From IMG/VR virus record IMGVR_UViG_3300030107_008096, positions 1 through 57,214 of that record: 57,214 nucleotides of DNA; one strand, given 5' to 3'. Under the pieces are notes generated by a model. The model was not told the origin of the DNA. It saw nothing but the letters and a program-made list of their open reading frames with translations, and ran no database searches. Positions 1-8,937 of the stretch are shown piece after piece. Numbering within the stretch: position 1 is the first letter of the stretch; each line of letters starts with the position of its first letter. This DNA comes from a virus (Duplodnaviria; Caudoviricetes). The position numbers and the translations under genes are program-made.

Positions 1-86
1 AAAAAAGCCATATTAATTACAAATGAGCAGAAGAATAAAAGCTTCTGGGGAGCGGGAAAGAAGATTAACTTACGAAGAAAAAAACA

Positions 87-419
87 ATGACAGATTATAT
101 GCTTTCACAAAAGATGCACCAAAAGTATTTAAAAAAAGCTGAAGAAGATGAAGCTCGTCTCACAAGCTTCTTAAAGATTTACGTTGGCGCGGATATTTGG
201 GAAACAGGAGTCATATCGCTTCTTTGTGAATGTTACTCTCTTACAGACCAGCTTTTACAACTACTAGGGTCTTTAGGCCCCACCAGGAATGAACAAACAA
301 AAACAGAAGAACATTTTCTCACGGCAGAATCCGCCATGAAGCTGGGTATACTTTTGAGCGGAATTGCTGCATGCAAAGCAGATCTGCACCAAAAAAATAT
401 TTCTCTACTAAAACACTAA
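87..419 (+). CDS. hypothetical protein
   Basis: 110-aa ORF with no recognised motif. Confidence 0.6.
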   Translation: MTDYMLSQKMHQKYLKKAEEDEARLTSFLKIYVGADIWETGVISLLCECYSLTDQLLQLLGSLGPTRNEQTKTEEHFLTAESAMKLGILLSGIAACKADLHQKNISLLKH

Positions 420-528
420 AAAACACTTGACAACCTTAATATAGCGTATATATTTTAATTAGATATGCAGCCTCCAGGGGCTGCTATGGCAAAAGATGAC
501 TAGAAACAAATATGGGAGAAAATTAATT

Positions 529-948
529 ATGAGTAGTCTAATTCGTTTGTACGGCACGCCTAGGACTAATCGGCGTGATAACTTTTTTAGCAATGTGCTT
601 GACGGGCTTTTTGACGAGTCGCAAGGTTGGCGTCAGCAGGAGACCTTCAATGACAGTGTTAATGTTTCCGAGACGAGCACCAGTCATGAAATCTCTGTCG
701 CCGCCCCAGGTCTAGACAAAGGGGATTTTAGTGTTGAGTTAAAAAGCGACACACTAACGGTTTCTTTTGATGTGTCAGAAGAAAATAAAAATAGTTTTGT
801 TAAGCAGTCTTTTCAGAAGTCGTGGGCTATTCCGAAAGGAACGAATCCATCGGATATCGTTGCGGAATATAAATCTGGCATTTTGAATGTATCAATTGCA
901 AAGCAAAAAGCTGAAGAGCCGGCAACAACAACTATTAAAGTTAAATAA
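529..948 (+). CDS. small heat-shock protein (Hsp20/alpha-crystallin)
   Basis: Motifs APGLDK, F.KSW.IP, AEYKSGILNVSI. Start placed at ATG 529 behind GGGAG. Confidence 0.9.
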   Translation: MSSLIRLYGTPRTNRRDNFFSNVLDGLFDESQGWRQQETFNDSVNVSETSTSHEISVAAPGLDKGDFSVELKSDTLTVSFDVSEENKNSFVKQSFQKSWAIPKGTNPSDIVAEYKSGILNVSIAKQKAEEPATTTIKVK

Positions 949-974
949 AGAGTCAATAAAATAATTTATTGTTT

Positions 975-999
975 AAAAGGCGGCATATGCCGCCTTTTT
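975..999 (+). terminator. intrinsic (possibly bidirectional) terminator
   Basis: AAAAGGCGGC-ATAT-GCCGCCTTTTT directly after the Hsp20 stop. Confidence 0.85.
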
Positions 1000-1098
1000 G
1001 TTATCTTTTAGGCGCCTAAACACTAATTAGTTTATAGCAAAAAGGCGAGTTTTAATATGAGGAGATGAGCCATTGTTAAATACGATAAAGGAATCTGA

Positions 1099-3870
1099 AT
1101 GAGCGCGTTCGTTGAAAAATGGCGAGAGTTTCAAGAGCAATCCCACCGACAAGTCCTTTATGAAAAGGTCTTAAATGAAATTTCTATTGACAACTACGAA
1201 AAAATAAAAGACTGGCTGGCAGATCAGGGCGACCAAGCTCTACCCTTTAACAATATATTTGATGGTAAAATGCGCCTGGTCATCCCATTGGGCGCGGCAA
1301 TGAGCCCGGAGTCTGATATTGGCCGCCTCTTTAAATATCTTGAACGAAATAAATGGACTCCAGATCTTAAAACTGGCCTAGCTACACGGGAAGCAAAGCC
1401 GCCAGACCCAAACGTACCGGCCGCAGTCAGGAACGTCACAGGCGTAGGCGCTGGTCAGCCCAAAACGGAAAAACAAAAGATTGGTAAACTGCTGGCAAAA
1501 GGACTCCGCTTAACAAAACGGCACATCGCGGCAGCGGAGGCTCGAAGAGAATATCATCAAGAAAAAATCGATGTGTTAGACTGGGATGACAGAGAGGGAA
1601 GGGAAAAAATAATAAAATCTAAAGAATATATTGACCTATACGATAAAGAAAAAAAAGCAGAAGAAGCAAAAGATAAGATATTCCCCGCCTTCGGTCGCTG
1701 GGACGTTGAAAAATTGGAAGGCCTCGTAGATTTTTGGAACAAAAAGTCCCAGTTTTATCGAGAGAACCCAGAGAAGGCAGGAACAGATTATTCAATTATT
1801 ATTTCTCGCCACCCGGTTGATGTTGTAAGAATGTCAGACTTCGCAATGATTCACTCTTGCCACTCCGAAGGGTCAGAATATTTTCAGTGCGCAATGGGGG
1901 AAGCAAAGGGAAACGGTCCAATTGCCTATGTAGTCGAAACAAAAGACTTAGAAACGGTTGATCTTGAATGGGACGAGATCTTTGAAGATGGCCCAAGGGG
2001 CATCGACGGGATTGAGCCAATTTCTAGAATTAGGCTCCGGAGATTCCAAAATCGACAGCGCGGCGCGGCGGAACCCGGCCCATGGATGGACTTGGCAGTA
2101 CCCGAAATAAGAACTTATGGCACTGACGTCCCAAACTTTTATGAAAAATTAAAGTCATGGGCACTAGAGAACCAGCCGCAGTTTAAAGAAGCGATTGACG
2201 ATGAGGGGGTGATTGACCCAGGGTATATGGGTGAATTCGTTCGTACGGGGGGCTCATATTCAGATAATAAAGCCTCCACGTTGTTTAATAGATTCTTCAA
2301 AGAGTACCAGCCAAGATTTAGGGGGGATGTCGTAGAAGATTCTGACGACGAGGAAGTTGATGGGTACGAAGAGATGTGGCAAGAATATGAGGACTCAGCG
2401 GCGAACATCCAACGTCGCGCCGACGTCCAGCATGCGTACGTTAGCTACGACATAGAAGCCGATGACGAAATTCCTTACGTATATTTTAGCGGTGGGATTA
2501 CTATTGAGTTTAGCGCCGAAGACTTTTTACAAGACCTCCCGGCCGGCTACACCGAAAAAAAACCACTGTATTCTGACATGGACGAGGCTCTTAGCGATCA
2601 ATTTGGAGACCTTCATGTTGAAGATACAGTAATACAATTGTATGGTGATAGGGGCATGGTCGCGGTAGAAATAAGATTTGACCCATATGCGTGGGGCCAT
2701 TATGACTCTGACCCCGATGGCTTTGAGTCTTTTGTGGAAGATGTTGAAGCAGTAGAAAAAGAGTACCCTAAACTTAGAAGGTTAATTCGTTCAGTGTTCG
2801 TGATGAATGGATATCTTGAGCCAGTCGCCATGGATGTTTTATTGGCGAGGCTACAAGAAGGGGAGCTAGAGTTTAAACATTTTACAGACATCGATTCAGA
2901 CGATGAAGCTATCGCAATTTCTTTGTCCTTTGAGGACATGAAAACTTTTAATCTTGGCCCAGTTAGAAATTTCGAGGAGGGTGAATTTTTTAAGATGGTT
3001 CAAAGCACATATGAAGATAGTGAGTTTTCACCGGTGTCCTCTGGTACTGAATCGAAACAATTAACCGCTGAAATTATAACCCAAATGCAAAAAGAACTTC
3101 ATGCGTCTGTCGCAGTAGCCAACAAACAGCTTGCACTGTTTGGCGGAGGAGGGGAACAACTAGAGTTACCTATCCAGGTTGACCCCACGACTCCGGCCGT
3201 TCTTAAAGATTATGTGACGGACAATATCAATATTACCTTGTGGCCACCTCGGCCGGCCGCCCCCGCGACTACCAGCATTCCTGGCATAGAGCACAAACCT
3301 GGACCAGAAGCAACGAAGCCGGCGCGCTATGCCGGCCTTCGAGATATTAGATTCAATTTTGATGAAAAGATTGACGCTGCGACAATGGCCGCCGCGCTTA
3401 ATTTTCTCCAGCACTTGGATAAAAATCTTGATAAGTTTATTAAAATAACTTCCGACCTTCTACAGGTTGCAGATGTCACATATTCAAAAAGATATGTGGA
3501 GGGCCGCGCAGGTCAACAAAGAAAGATCGACTCAATTTTTAAAATGATAGACGTCATGCAAAAGGTTGAAGTCGACGACGCGCGCGGTAAAACAGCGGGG
3601 GAAGTACAAGATAGCTTAGTTAACCAGCTTGAGACGTTGATGACCTCCATTGACGTTAGAAGCGCAATACTAAATAATGACTACTCAAAGCTTAACAAAA
3701 AGAAAGTAAAAGCATTACAGCTTTTGTTGCCCCAAGTGGTACGCATTTATAAAGGATTTCAGCGCCTTGGTAAAGAAGTAGGAAACATCCCAGAGGAAGA
3801 GGTTACGCTTGAGGAGCGCATCCGCAGAGCGATTTATAAAACAATTAAAGCAAATACAAAAACAAAATAA
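1099..3870 (+). CDS. large acidic hypothetical protein, possibly virion-associated
   Basis: 923-aa ORF. N-terminus MSAFVEKWREFQE resembles the ENWR tag; late-type motif CTAATTA at ~1023. Confidence 0.7.
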   Translation: MSAFVEKWREFQEQSHRQVLYEKVLNEISIDNYEKIKDWLADQGDQALPFNNIFDGKMRLVIPLGAAMSPESDIGRLFKYLERNKWTPDLKTGLATREAKPPDPNVPAAVRNVTGVGAGQPKTEKQKIGKLLAKGLRLTKRHIAAAEARREYHQEKIDVLDWDDREGREKIIKSKEYIDLYDKEKKAEEAKDKIFPAFGRWDVEKLEGLVDFWNKKSQFYRENPEKAGTDYSIIISRHPVDVVRMSDFAMIHSCHSEGSEYFQCAMGEAKGNGPIAYVVETKDLETVDLEWDEIFEDGPRGIDGIEPISRIRLRRFQNRQRGAAEPGPWMDLAVPEIRTYGTDVPNFYEKLKSWALENQPQFKEAIDDEGVIDPGYMGEFVRTGGSYSDNKASTLFNRFFKEYQPRFRGDVVEDSDDEEVDGYEEMWQEYEDSAANIQRRADVQHAYVSYDIEADDEIPYVYFSGGITIEFSAEDFLQDLPAGYTEKKPLYSDMDEALSDQFGDLHVEDTVIQLYGDRGMVAVEIRFDPYAWGHYDSDPDGFESFVEDVEAVEKEYPKLRRLIRSVFVMNGYLEPVAMDVLLARLQEGELEFKHFTDIDSDDEAIAISLSFEDMKTFNLGPVRNFEEGEFFKMVQSTYEDSEFSPVSSGTESKQLTAEIITQMQKELHASVAVANKQLALFGGGGEQLELPIQVDPTTPAVLKDYVTDNINITLWPPRPAAPATTSIPGIEHKPGPEATKPARYAGLRDIRFNFDEKIDAATMAAALNFLQHLDKNLDKFIKITSDLLQVADVTYSKRYVEGRAGQQRKIDSIFKMIDVMQKVEVDDARGKTAGEVQDSLVNQLETLMTSIDVRSAILNNDYSKLNKKKVKALQLLLPQVVRIYKGFQRLGKEVGNIPEEEVTLEERIRRAIYKTIKANTKTK

Positions 3871-3882
3871 AAAGAGGAAACT

Positions 3883-4047
3883 ATGGCAAGCAAAAATAAA
3901 AAGAAAAGAGTGAATGTTAAAAAAAAGAAAACAAGCATTGGCAATTCAAAATTCTCAAGACAATACAGCAAAGGGGGTGGTTCAAACGGTTCTAGTACAA
4001 GCAAATTGTATAGAAAAAAATACCGCGGCCAAGGCCAGCGCCGCTAA
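3883..4047 (+). CDS. small highly basic protein
   Basis: Hand-translated, 54 aa, MASKNKKKRV...RKKYRGQGQRR; GAGG SD. Confidence 0.7.
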   Translation: MASKNKKKRVNVKKKKTSIGNSKFSRQYSKGGGSNGSSTSKLYRKKYRGQGQRR

Positions 4048-4069
4048 ATAGTTCGGTGTCTATAAAGAT

Positions 4070-4591
4070 ATGATGATTATATTGCACATATTATCTGTGC
4101 CCCTGGCACTTTTTTATGCGAATTTCATAGAGTGGTTTGCGCACAGATTTGTTCTTCACAGGTTGGGCAGAAATAAAAAAAGCTATTGGGCTTTTCATTG
4201 GCACAGGCATCACAAACTCGCACGGAAACACAAAGGCCTGGACCCTTCATACAGAACACCACTCAAGGGTCATGTTTTAAAAGAAAAGATTATGTTATTT
4301 TTGCTCATTTTGACTCATTCCCCACTATTTACTATGGTGCCATTATTTTATTTGGCGCTTGTATATTGCACATGGAACTATTATAACGTCCACAGAAGAT
4401 CACATTTGAGTATAGAGTGGGCAAAAAAAAATGTTCCATGGCACTACGAGCACCACATGGGAAAGGACCAAGAAAAAAACTGGTGCGTAACCAGAGATTG
4501 GTGCGACAGGCTTTTTGGAACCAGAGTTGAATATTTAAACGAAGGAAAAAATAATGAAACTTACAAAATCAAATTTAAAAAACATGATTAA
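4070..4591 (+). CDS. fatty acid hydroxylase / sterol desaturase family membrane protein
   Basis: Four His boxes (HRFVLH, HWHRHH, HRRSH, HYEHH) and hydrophobic segments. Confidence 0.8.
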   Translation: MMIILHILSVPLALFYANFIEWFAHRFVLHRLGRNKKSYWAFHWHRHHKLARKHKGLDPSYRTPLKGHVLKEKIMLFLLILTHSPLFTMVPLFYLALVYCTWNYYNVHRRSHLSIEWAKKNVPWHYEHHMGKDQEKNWCVTRDWCDRLFGTRVEYLNEGKNNETYKIKFKKHD

Positions 4592-4865
4592 AGAGGCAGT
4601 TGCAGAGGCCATCGACGCAACACCCACGACAGCAGAGCCAGCGCCGCCTGTGGCAAAACAGCGCGCCGATGTCGCCATGGCTTCAAAGAAGATGACAAAA
4701 GCAGCCGGTCTTGAATCGCACATGGAAAAAATTAATAACCGAGTAGAATTAGAACAATTTCTTGGCAACGTGTTAACAAAATTAGGGCCTCAATTGACGG
4801 GCGCTGATAAGTATAGAGCCTTGGTCAACCTTGCCATGGCCGCGAAAAAAGGATTAACAGAATAA
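4554..4865 (+). CDS. MKLTK-tag hypothetical protein
   Basis: Starts MKLTKSNLKNMIKE. Confidence 0.75.
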   Translation: MKLTKSNLKNMIKEAVAEAIDATPTTAEPAPPVAKQRADVAMASKKMTKAAGLESHMEKINNRVELEQFLGNVLTKLGPQLTGADKYRALVNLAMAAKKGLTE

Positions 4866-5236
4866 TGAAACTCACCAAGTTCAAACTAAAACAAATTATT
4901 GCAGAAGAGGTCGCACAAGCCGTAAAAGAGGGCGACGTGACGGAAGCGGGAGCCCCATGGCCTACAGATGCAGATCCGGCCGGCGAGGAACTTCCAGCAG
5001 AATTCCAATATGAATATGTCCTAGATGAACTCGTTAATGCAGCTAGAGATGGCATTATGCCGCTGGCAGTTAAAAAATTAAAGGATGCAGGAGCTTTTAA
5101 AGATGAGGGTACTCCCGAGCGTGTTCTCTACCATGGTTTAACTTATAATGATATTGAGCTTGAGATTGAAGAGGGTTTGTTGGACGCGCTCAAACCTTTG
5201 GCCAAAGTAATTCACGCCTATATGGAAAAAACTTAA
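4865..5236 (+). CDS. MKLTK-tag hypothetical protein
   Basis: Starts MKLTKFKLKQIIAEE; TAATG coupling. Confidence 0.75.
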   Translation: MKLTKFKLKQIIAEEVAQAVKEGDVTEAGAPWPTDADPAGEELPAEFQYEYVLDELVNAARDGIMPLAVKKLKDAGAFKDEGTPERVLYHGLTYNDIELEIEEGLLDALKPLAKVIHAYMEKT

Positions 5237-5261
5237 AAAGACTAAAGGAGTCACTTTAACA

Positions 5262-5366
5262 ATGAAAACTTTTATTCACAGACTTACAAATTTATTTAAC
5301 AACAGTCACTGCTGCTGCTGTTGCGGTTGCTGTGGCTGTACAGCCTGTAAAGGAAGCTGCAAATGA
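5262..5366 (+). CDS. cysteine-rich micropeptide (metallothionein-like)
   Basis: Hand-translated MKTFIHRLTNLFNNSHCCCCCGCCGCTACKGSCK; AAGGAG SD; ATGA overlap with next gene. Confidence 0.65.
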   Translation: MKTFIHRLTNLFNNSHCCCCCGCCGCTACKGSCK

Positions 5367-5785
5367 AGCTAACCAAATCAAAGCTTAAGCAAATCATTAA
5401 AGAGGAGTTAAATTCCCTCTTGGAAGTGTACGATTCGGCGGCTGCGGAGCGTGGAGACTATGACTACGACGCAGGAGCGGGACATAAAGCATCTAGAGAT
5501 GAATGGGGCCTTTTCACTACTAGCGATATGCTTAAGCATGGTAAAAAATCTTGGTTTTCTTCTCATTGGCGCGATCAAATACTGCAAAAAATTAAGGATA
5601 GAGAGCCAGTGCCCCCAGATCATGTGTGGCGCCGCATTAAGCGCGAACTCAATGGGGCCGGTATATACGCGCCCGGACCAGAAGCAGACGCTCTAATAGA
5701 CAGCGTTTTGGACACTATGAAACAAGAAACTGACTTGCCTCACTTGCGAAAAGGCATTCCAGAGTTCTGGACAAGGCGGGACTAA
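5363..5785 (+). CDS. MKLTK-tag hypothetical protein
   Basis: Starts MKLTKSKLKQIIKEE. Confidence 0.75.
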   Translation: MKLTKSKLKQIIKEELNSLLEVYDSAAAERGDYDYDAGAGHKASRDEWGLFTTSDMLKHGKKSWFSSHWRDQILQKIKDREPVPPDHVWRRIKRELNGAGIYAPGPEADALIDSVLDTMKQETDLPHLRKGIPEFWTRRD

Positions 5786-5799
5786 AGGGAATATTTGAA

Positions 5800-6018
5800 A
5801 TGAAGCTAACCAAATCAAAACTTAAACAAATTATTAAAGAAGAGCTTGGTGGGTTTCTTGACGACACGTACTCATCTGAAGACGTTGCATGGGACGCGCA
5901 CAAAGCCGCTATTGAAAATATTCGCAATATGTCAAAACAAATGAGCGATGAGGACTCTTACGCTTTTTTAAACCTTCTTAAAGAGTGGTTTAATAAGAAT
6001 GTTTTAGAAGAACAATGA
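5800..6018 (+). CDS. MKLTK-tag hypothetical protein (frame stays open past TGA to 6171)
   Basis: Starts MKLTKSKLKQIIKEE; in-frame continuation contains NPWAICTASVG. Confidence 0.7.
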   Translation: MKLTKSKLKQIIKEELGGFLDDTYSSEDVAWDAHKAAIENIRNMSKQMSDEDSYAFLNLLKEWFNKNVLEEQ

Positions 6019-6183
6019 CCAGAGAAAAAGAAGTCTCGTGCAGACGCTAAAGAACTAGCAGAGGAAAAAGAAAAAAACAACCCATGGGCAATATGCACGG
6101 CCTCTGTCGGAAGAGAAGACAAGGAAAAGTATGAGAAGTGCGTAAAATCAGTCAAACAGCAAAACAAATAGGAGCATTAATTT

Positions 6184-6462
6184 ATGCACGTAACAATCAA
6201 TAAAATTCTAATTTTTGCTACCTCTTTAATTTTAGTAATAGCTCTTGGCACAGAAGTTGCCCGCGCGGCCAAAAAGCCACCAAAGAATGTAAAGTCTAAA
6301 TTCTACGACTTCAGCGAACAAGTGATTGATGGCAAGATTAACAAACCAACGGTAATATACATGAATCAGAGAGAAAGAGTGAGATTTAAAAGGCTATTAA
6401 GCTTAAAAAAATCATTCATGCCTAAGCTTTTTAACACTCATAAAGAGCGCATATTTAAATGA
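6184..6462 (+). CDS. secreted protein resembling myxobacterial CglF/GltF
   Basis: Signal peptide plus YDFSEQVIDGKINKP...F.RLL.LKKSF pattern, recognised by eye. Confidence 0.55.
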   Translation: MHVTINKILIFATSLILVIALGTEVARAAKKPPKNVKSKFYDFSEQVIDGKINKPTVIYMNQRERVRFKRLLSLKKSFMPKLFNTHKERIFK

Positions 6463-7250
6463 AATGTTTGTTTGAAAATTTTAGAGAGTTCTTGTCCACC
6501 GACAATAAAACGGAGGCCACAGACCCAGAGTCGGTAGACACTTCCAGTTTCAAGGTAAAGGAAAAGCTAAACCCGGCGGTTTGGGACGAACAAGATCAGC
6601 TTCGACCAGAGGTTTCAGAGCTGCTACGCTCGATTGCGCAAGATTTTTTTGAAAGCTTAGGAATCGACTGGGTTAGAATACTTGATATAACATTTACAGG
6701 CTCATTGGCAAACTATAATTGGTCCCAGTATTCAGACGTGGATTTGCACATTATTATTAATTATGATGATGTCGACGAGAACTTACAGTTAGTTGATGAG
6801 CTGCTCAAGGCCAAACGTATCAACTGGAACAAAACGCATAATATAAAAATTCATGATTTTGAGGTGGAAGTATATGTGCAGGACGTAAAAGAACCACACG
6901 CATCAACAGGCGTCTATTCTGTGCTAGGCGACCAGTGGCAGATTAAGCCAAGCCAAACAAACGTTGAGATCGATTGGGATGGCATCAAAACGAAAGCCGC
7001 CTGTCTAATGGACCTAGTTGATGATGCAATTTCATCTTACAAGCAAAAAGACTACGAGCAAGCGATTGAGCAGATTGACAGAGTGAGAGAAAAAATTAGA
7101 AAATTTCGGAAATGCGGCCTGGAAACGGGTGGAGAGTTTTCAACTGAAAACTTGGCATTCAAAGTCTTGCGAAGGAATGGATACCTGGCAAAGTTGAGCA
7201 ATTATAAGATTCTCGCTTATGATAAAATGATGTCTTTATCTCAAGAATAA
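6459..7250 (+). CDS. nucleotidyltransferase (Pol-beta superfamily) with ENWR-like tag
   Basis: GSLANYNWSQYSDVDLH (GS..DxD) and a third acidic residue in EVEVYVQ. Confidence 0.8.
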   Translation: MKCLFENFREFLSTDNKTEATDPESVDTSSFKVKEKLNPAVWDEQDQLRPEVSELLRSIAQDFFESLGIDWVRILDITFTGSLANYNWSQYSDVDLHIIINYDDVDENLQLVDELLKAKRINWNKTHNIKIHDFEVEVYVQDVKEPHASTGVYSVLGDQWQIKPSQTNVEIDWDGIKTKAACLMDLVDDAISSYKQKDYEQAIEQIDRVREKIRKFRKCGLETGGEFSTENLAFKVLRRNGYLAKLSNYKILAYDKMMSLSQE

Positions 7251-7406
7251 AAAAAAACATAAAAAAACGCCCTAAAAACAATATTTTTTTAAAATATTTG
7301 TGTTTTTTCACGTAGTCGCCCATAGTTATTATGGAGGTGCGAAAAATCTTTCGCACCACGCCCTTAAATCAATTTTTTATCACCTCTACAGGAGAAGAAT
7401 GTACTA

Positions 7407-8078
7407 GTGTCTGTACAGTCTAAAATAAAATATGTTTTATTTTTTGTCTTTTTAAATCTTGTAACATATTTTTCTATACAAGCCCTCATTACAACAAATG
7501 AGTTTGATTTCACCACCAGCTTAGATGGGCAGATACCGTTTGTTCCAGAGTTTATATGGGCTTATCACACTTTGATCCCCGTCATCGTGGTTTCTATGGT
7601 TATGTTGCTTAAAAGAAGAGAGGTGTTTTTGACTACATTTTTCGCATTCTTGTTGGCAACGTTAGTGCTAAGCTTGTTTTACATATTCCTCCCTTCTTTC
7701 TACCCACGTACGGCCATAGTAGATGTCGATCTGTCCACATGGTTGGTTTCCCTAACAAGAATAATCGACGGCCCCCACAATACTTTTCCGTCAGGCCATG
7801 TCACGTTCTCTTGGCTAACAGTCTTTGCAGCTTATGGCTCCACTTACGCAAAAAAATGTACGTGGATGAAAACAGCGTATACGTTATGGGCAATATTAAT
7901 CTCGATCTCCACCTTGACTCTAAAGCAACACTATATTATTGACGTTGTTTCCGGCTTCTTTCTTGCGGCAATTTGTTACTTCTCCGTAAAAAAGATTTTA
8001 ATGAATAGATTCCGAGGCCCTAGTTATATTGAGGCCACCACTAGGGAGGAGTTAACCGAGCATGGTGCTGGAATATGA
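7407..8078 (+). CDS. PAP2-superfamily membrane phosphatase / inositol-phosphorylceramide-synthase-like protein
   Basis: NTFPSGH and KQHYIIDV motifs; multiple TM helices. Confidence 0.8.
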   Translation: MSVQSKIKYVLFFVFLNLVTYFSIQALITTNEFDFTTSLDGQIPFVPEFIWAYHTLIPVIVVSMVMLLKRREVFLTTFFAFLLATLVLSLFYIFLPSFYPRTAIVDVDLSTWLVSLTRIIDGPHNTFPSGHVTFSWLTVFAAYGSTYAKKCTWMKTAYTLWAILISISTLTLKQHYIIDVVSGFFLAAICYFSVKKILMNRFRGPSYIEATTREELTEHGAGI

Positions 8079-8685
8079 TACACCAGAAAGGCTGCAACAA
8101 GCCCGCCTAGAGAACCTATCTAAGAAAATATTAAAAGACAATTACGTTAATTTAAAGATTAACAACTTCTCCTTAAAAGAGGATCTTTCTAAAGAGGTTA
8201 CTGCAATATCTTGCGATGCGACTTTAGAAAAAGAACAAATAGTCTTCGAGGGTGGTGGCACAGGTCCCGTTGCGGCCCTGTACAATGCAATGGTAAACAA
8301 ATTATCAGCGTCATATGTTTCTTTGGAGGATGTTGAATTTGTAGACTTTTCTATTGTTGCCAAATTGAAAGAAAAGGTTCAAAAGTCAGGTGTTGACGCT
8401 CCAGTTACGGCTTCGTTGGTTATAACAAATTCCAATAGAAAAAATCTTTATTTTCAAGCCACATCTCATTCAATTAATCGCGCCGCAATCGAAGTTGTGC
8501 GCCACTCACTAGAGTTTTTTATCAATTCTGAATTGGCTGTCATACATTTATACGAAAATGTTCAAGAGGCTCGTGGTAGGAATAGGCAAGATATTGTAGA
8601 AAAAAGTACTTCTTATTTGATGGAACTAGTGAAAACAACTTCTTATGAAAAAAGCATCGGTCGGGTAAAAAAGCTTGACAAGTGA
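8062..8685 (+). CDS. stand-alone LeuA-type allosteric (dimerisation) domain protein
   Basis: EGGGTGPVAALYNAM matches the GxGxGPVxA motif; later SHSINRAAIE helix. Confidence 0.55.
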   Translation: MVLEYDTPERLQQARLENLSKKILKDNYVNLKINNFSLKEDLSKEVTAISCDATLEKEQIVFEGGGTGPVAALYNAMVNKLSASYVSLEDVEFVDFSIVAKLKEKVQKSGVDAPVTASLVITNSNRKNLYFQATSHSINRAAIEVVRHSLEFFINSELAVIHLYENVQEARGRNRQDIVEKSTSYLMELVKTTSYEKSIGRVKKLDK

Positions 8686-8703
8686 AGCTTTGTTTAGTAT
8701 ACT
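8675..8703 (+). promoter_or_regulatory. sigma70-type promoter (leaderless transcript likely)
   Basis: TTGACA-17-TATACT, with ATG 6 nt after the -10. Confidence 0.75.
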
Positions 8704-8709
8704 TTTAGC

Positions 8710-8937
8710 ATGGATGGTAAATTTCGGATAGGGGATCTCGTCAGCGAAAGTGAATTTCGGATTGGAGATCTTGTCAGTGAAAGAGAGGGTGCCAGAAAGT
8801 TTGGCCTTATAACAGCCCTGCGCCTCAAGCCCGACTTCCGAGGAGAAGTTGTTCTACACGCAGAAGTGTTGTGGAGGGATAGCACCTCAAAAGTATATCC
8901 AATTTTATTCTTAGAAGCAGCAAAGGAGAACCACTAG
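8710..8937 (+). CDS. KOW/SH3-like microprotein with duplicated FRIGDLVSE
   Basis: IGDLV..GLIT..VLW pattern. Confidence 0.65.
   Translation: MDGKFRIGDLVSESEFRIGDLVSEREGARKFGLITALRLKPDFRGEVVLHAEVLWRDSTSKVYPILFLEAAKENH

Noticed and set aside
6016-6050. Selenocysteine insertion at TGA 6016
   Set aside because: Only a 4-bp hairpin downstream and no redox-motif context; not enough for a SECIS call
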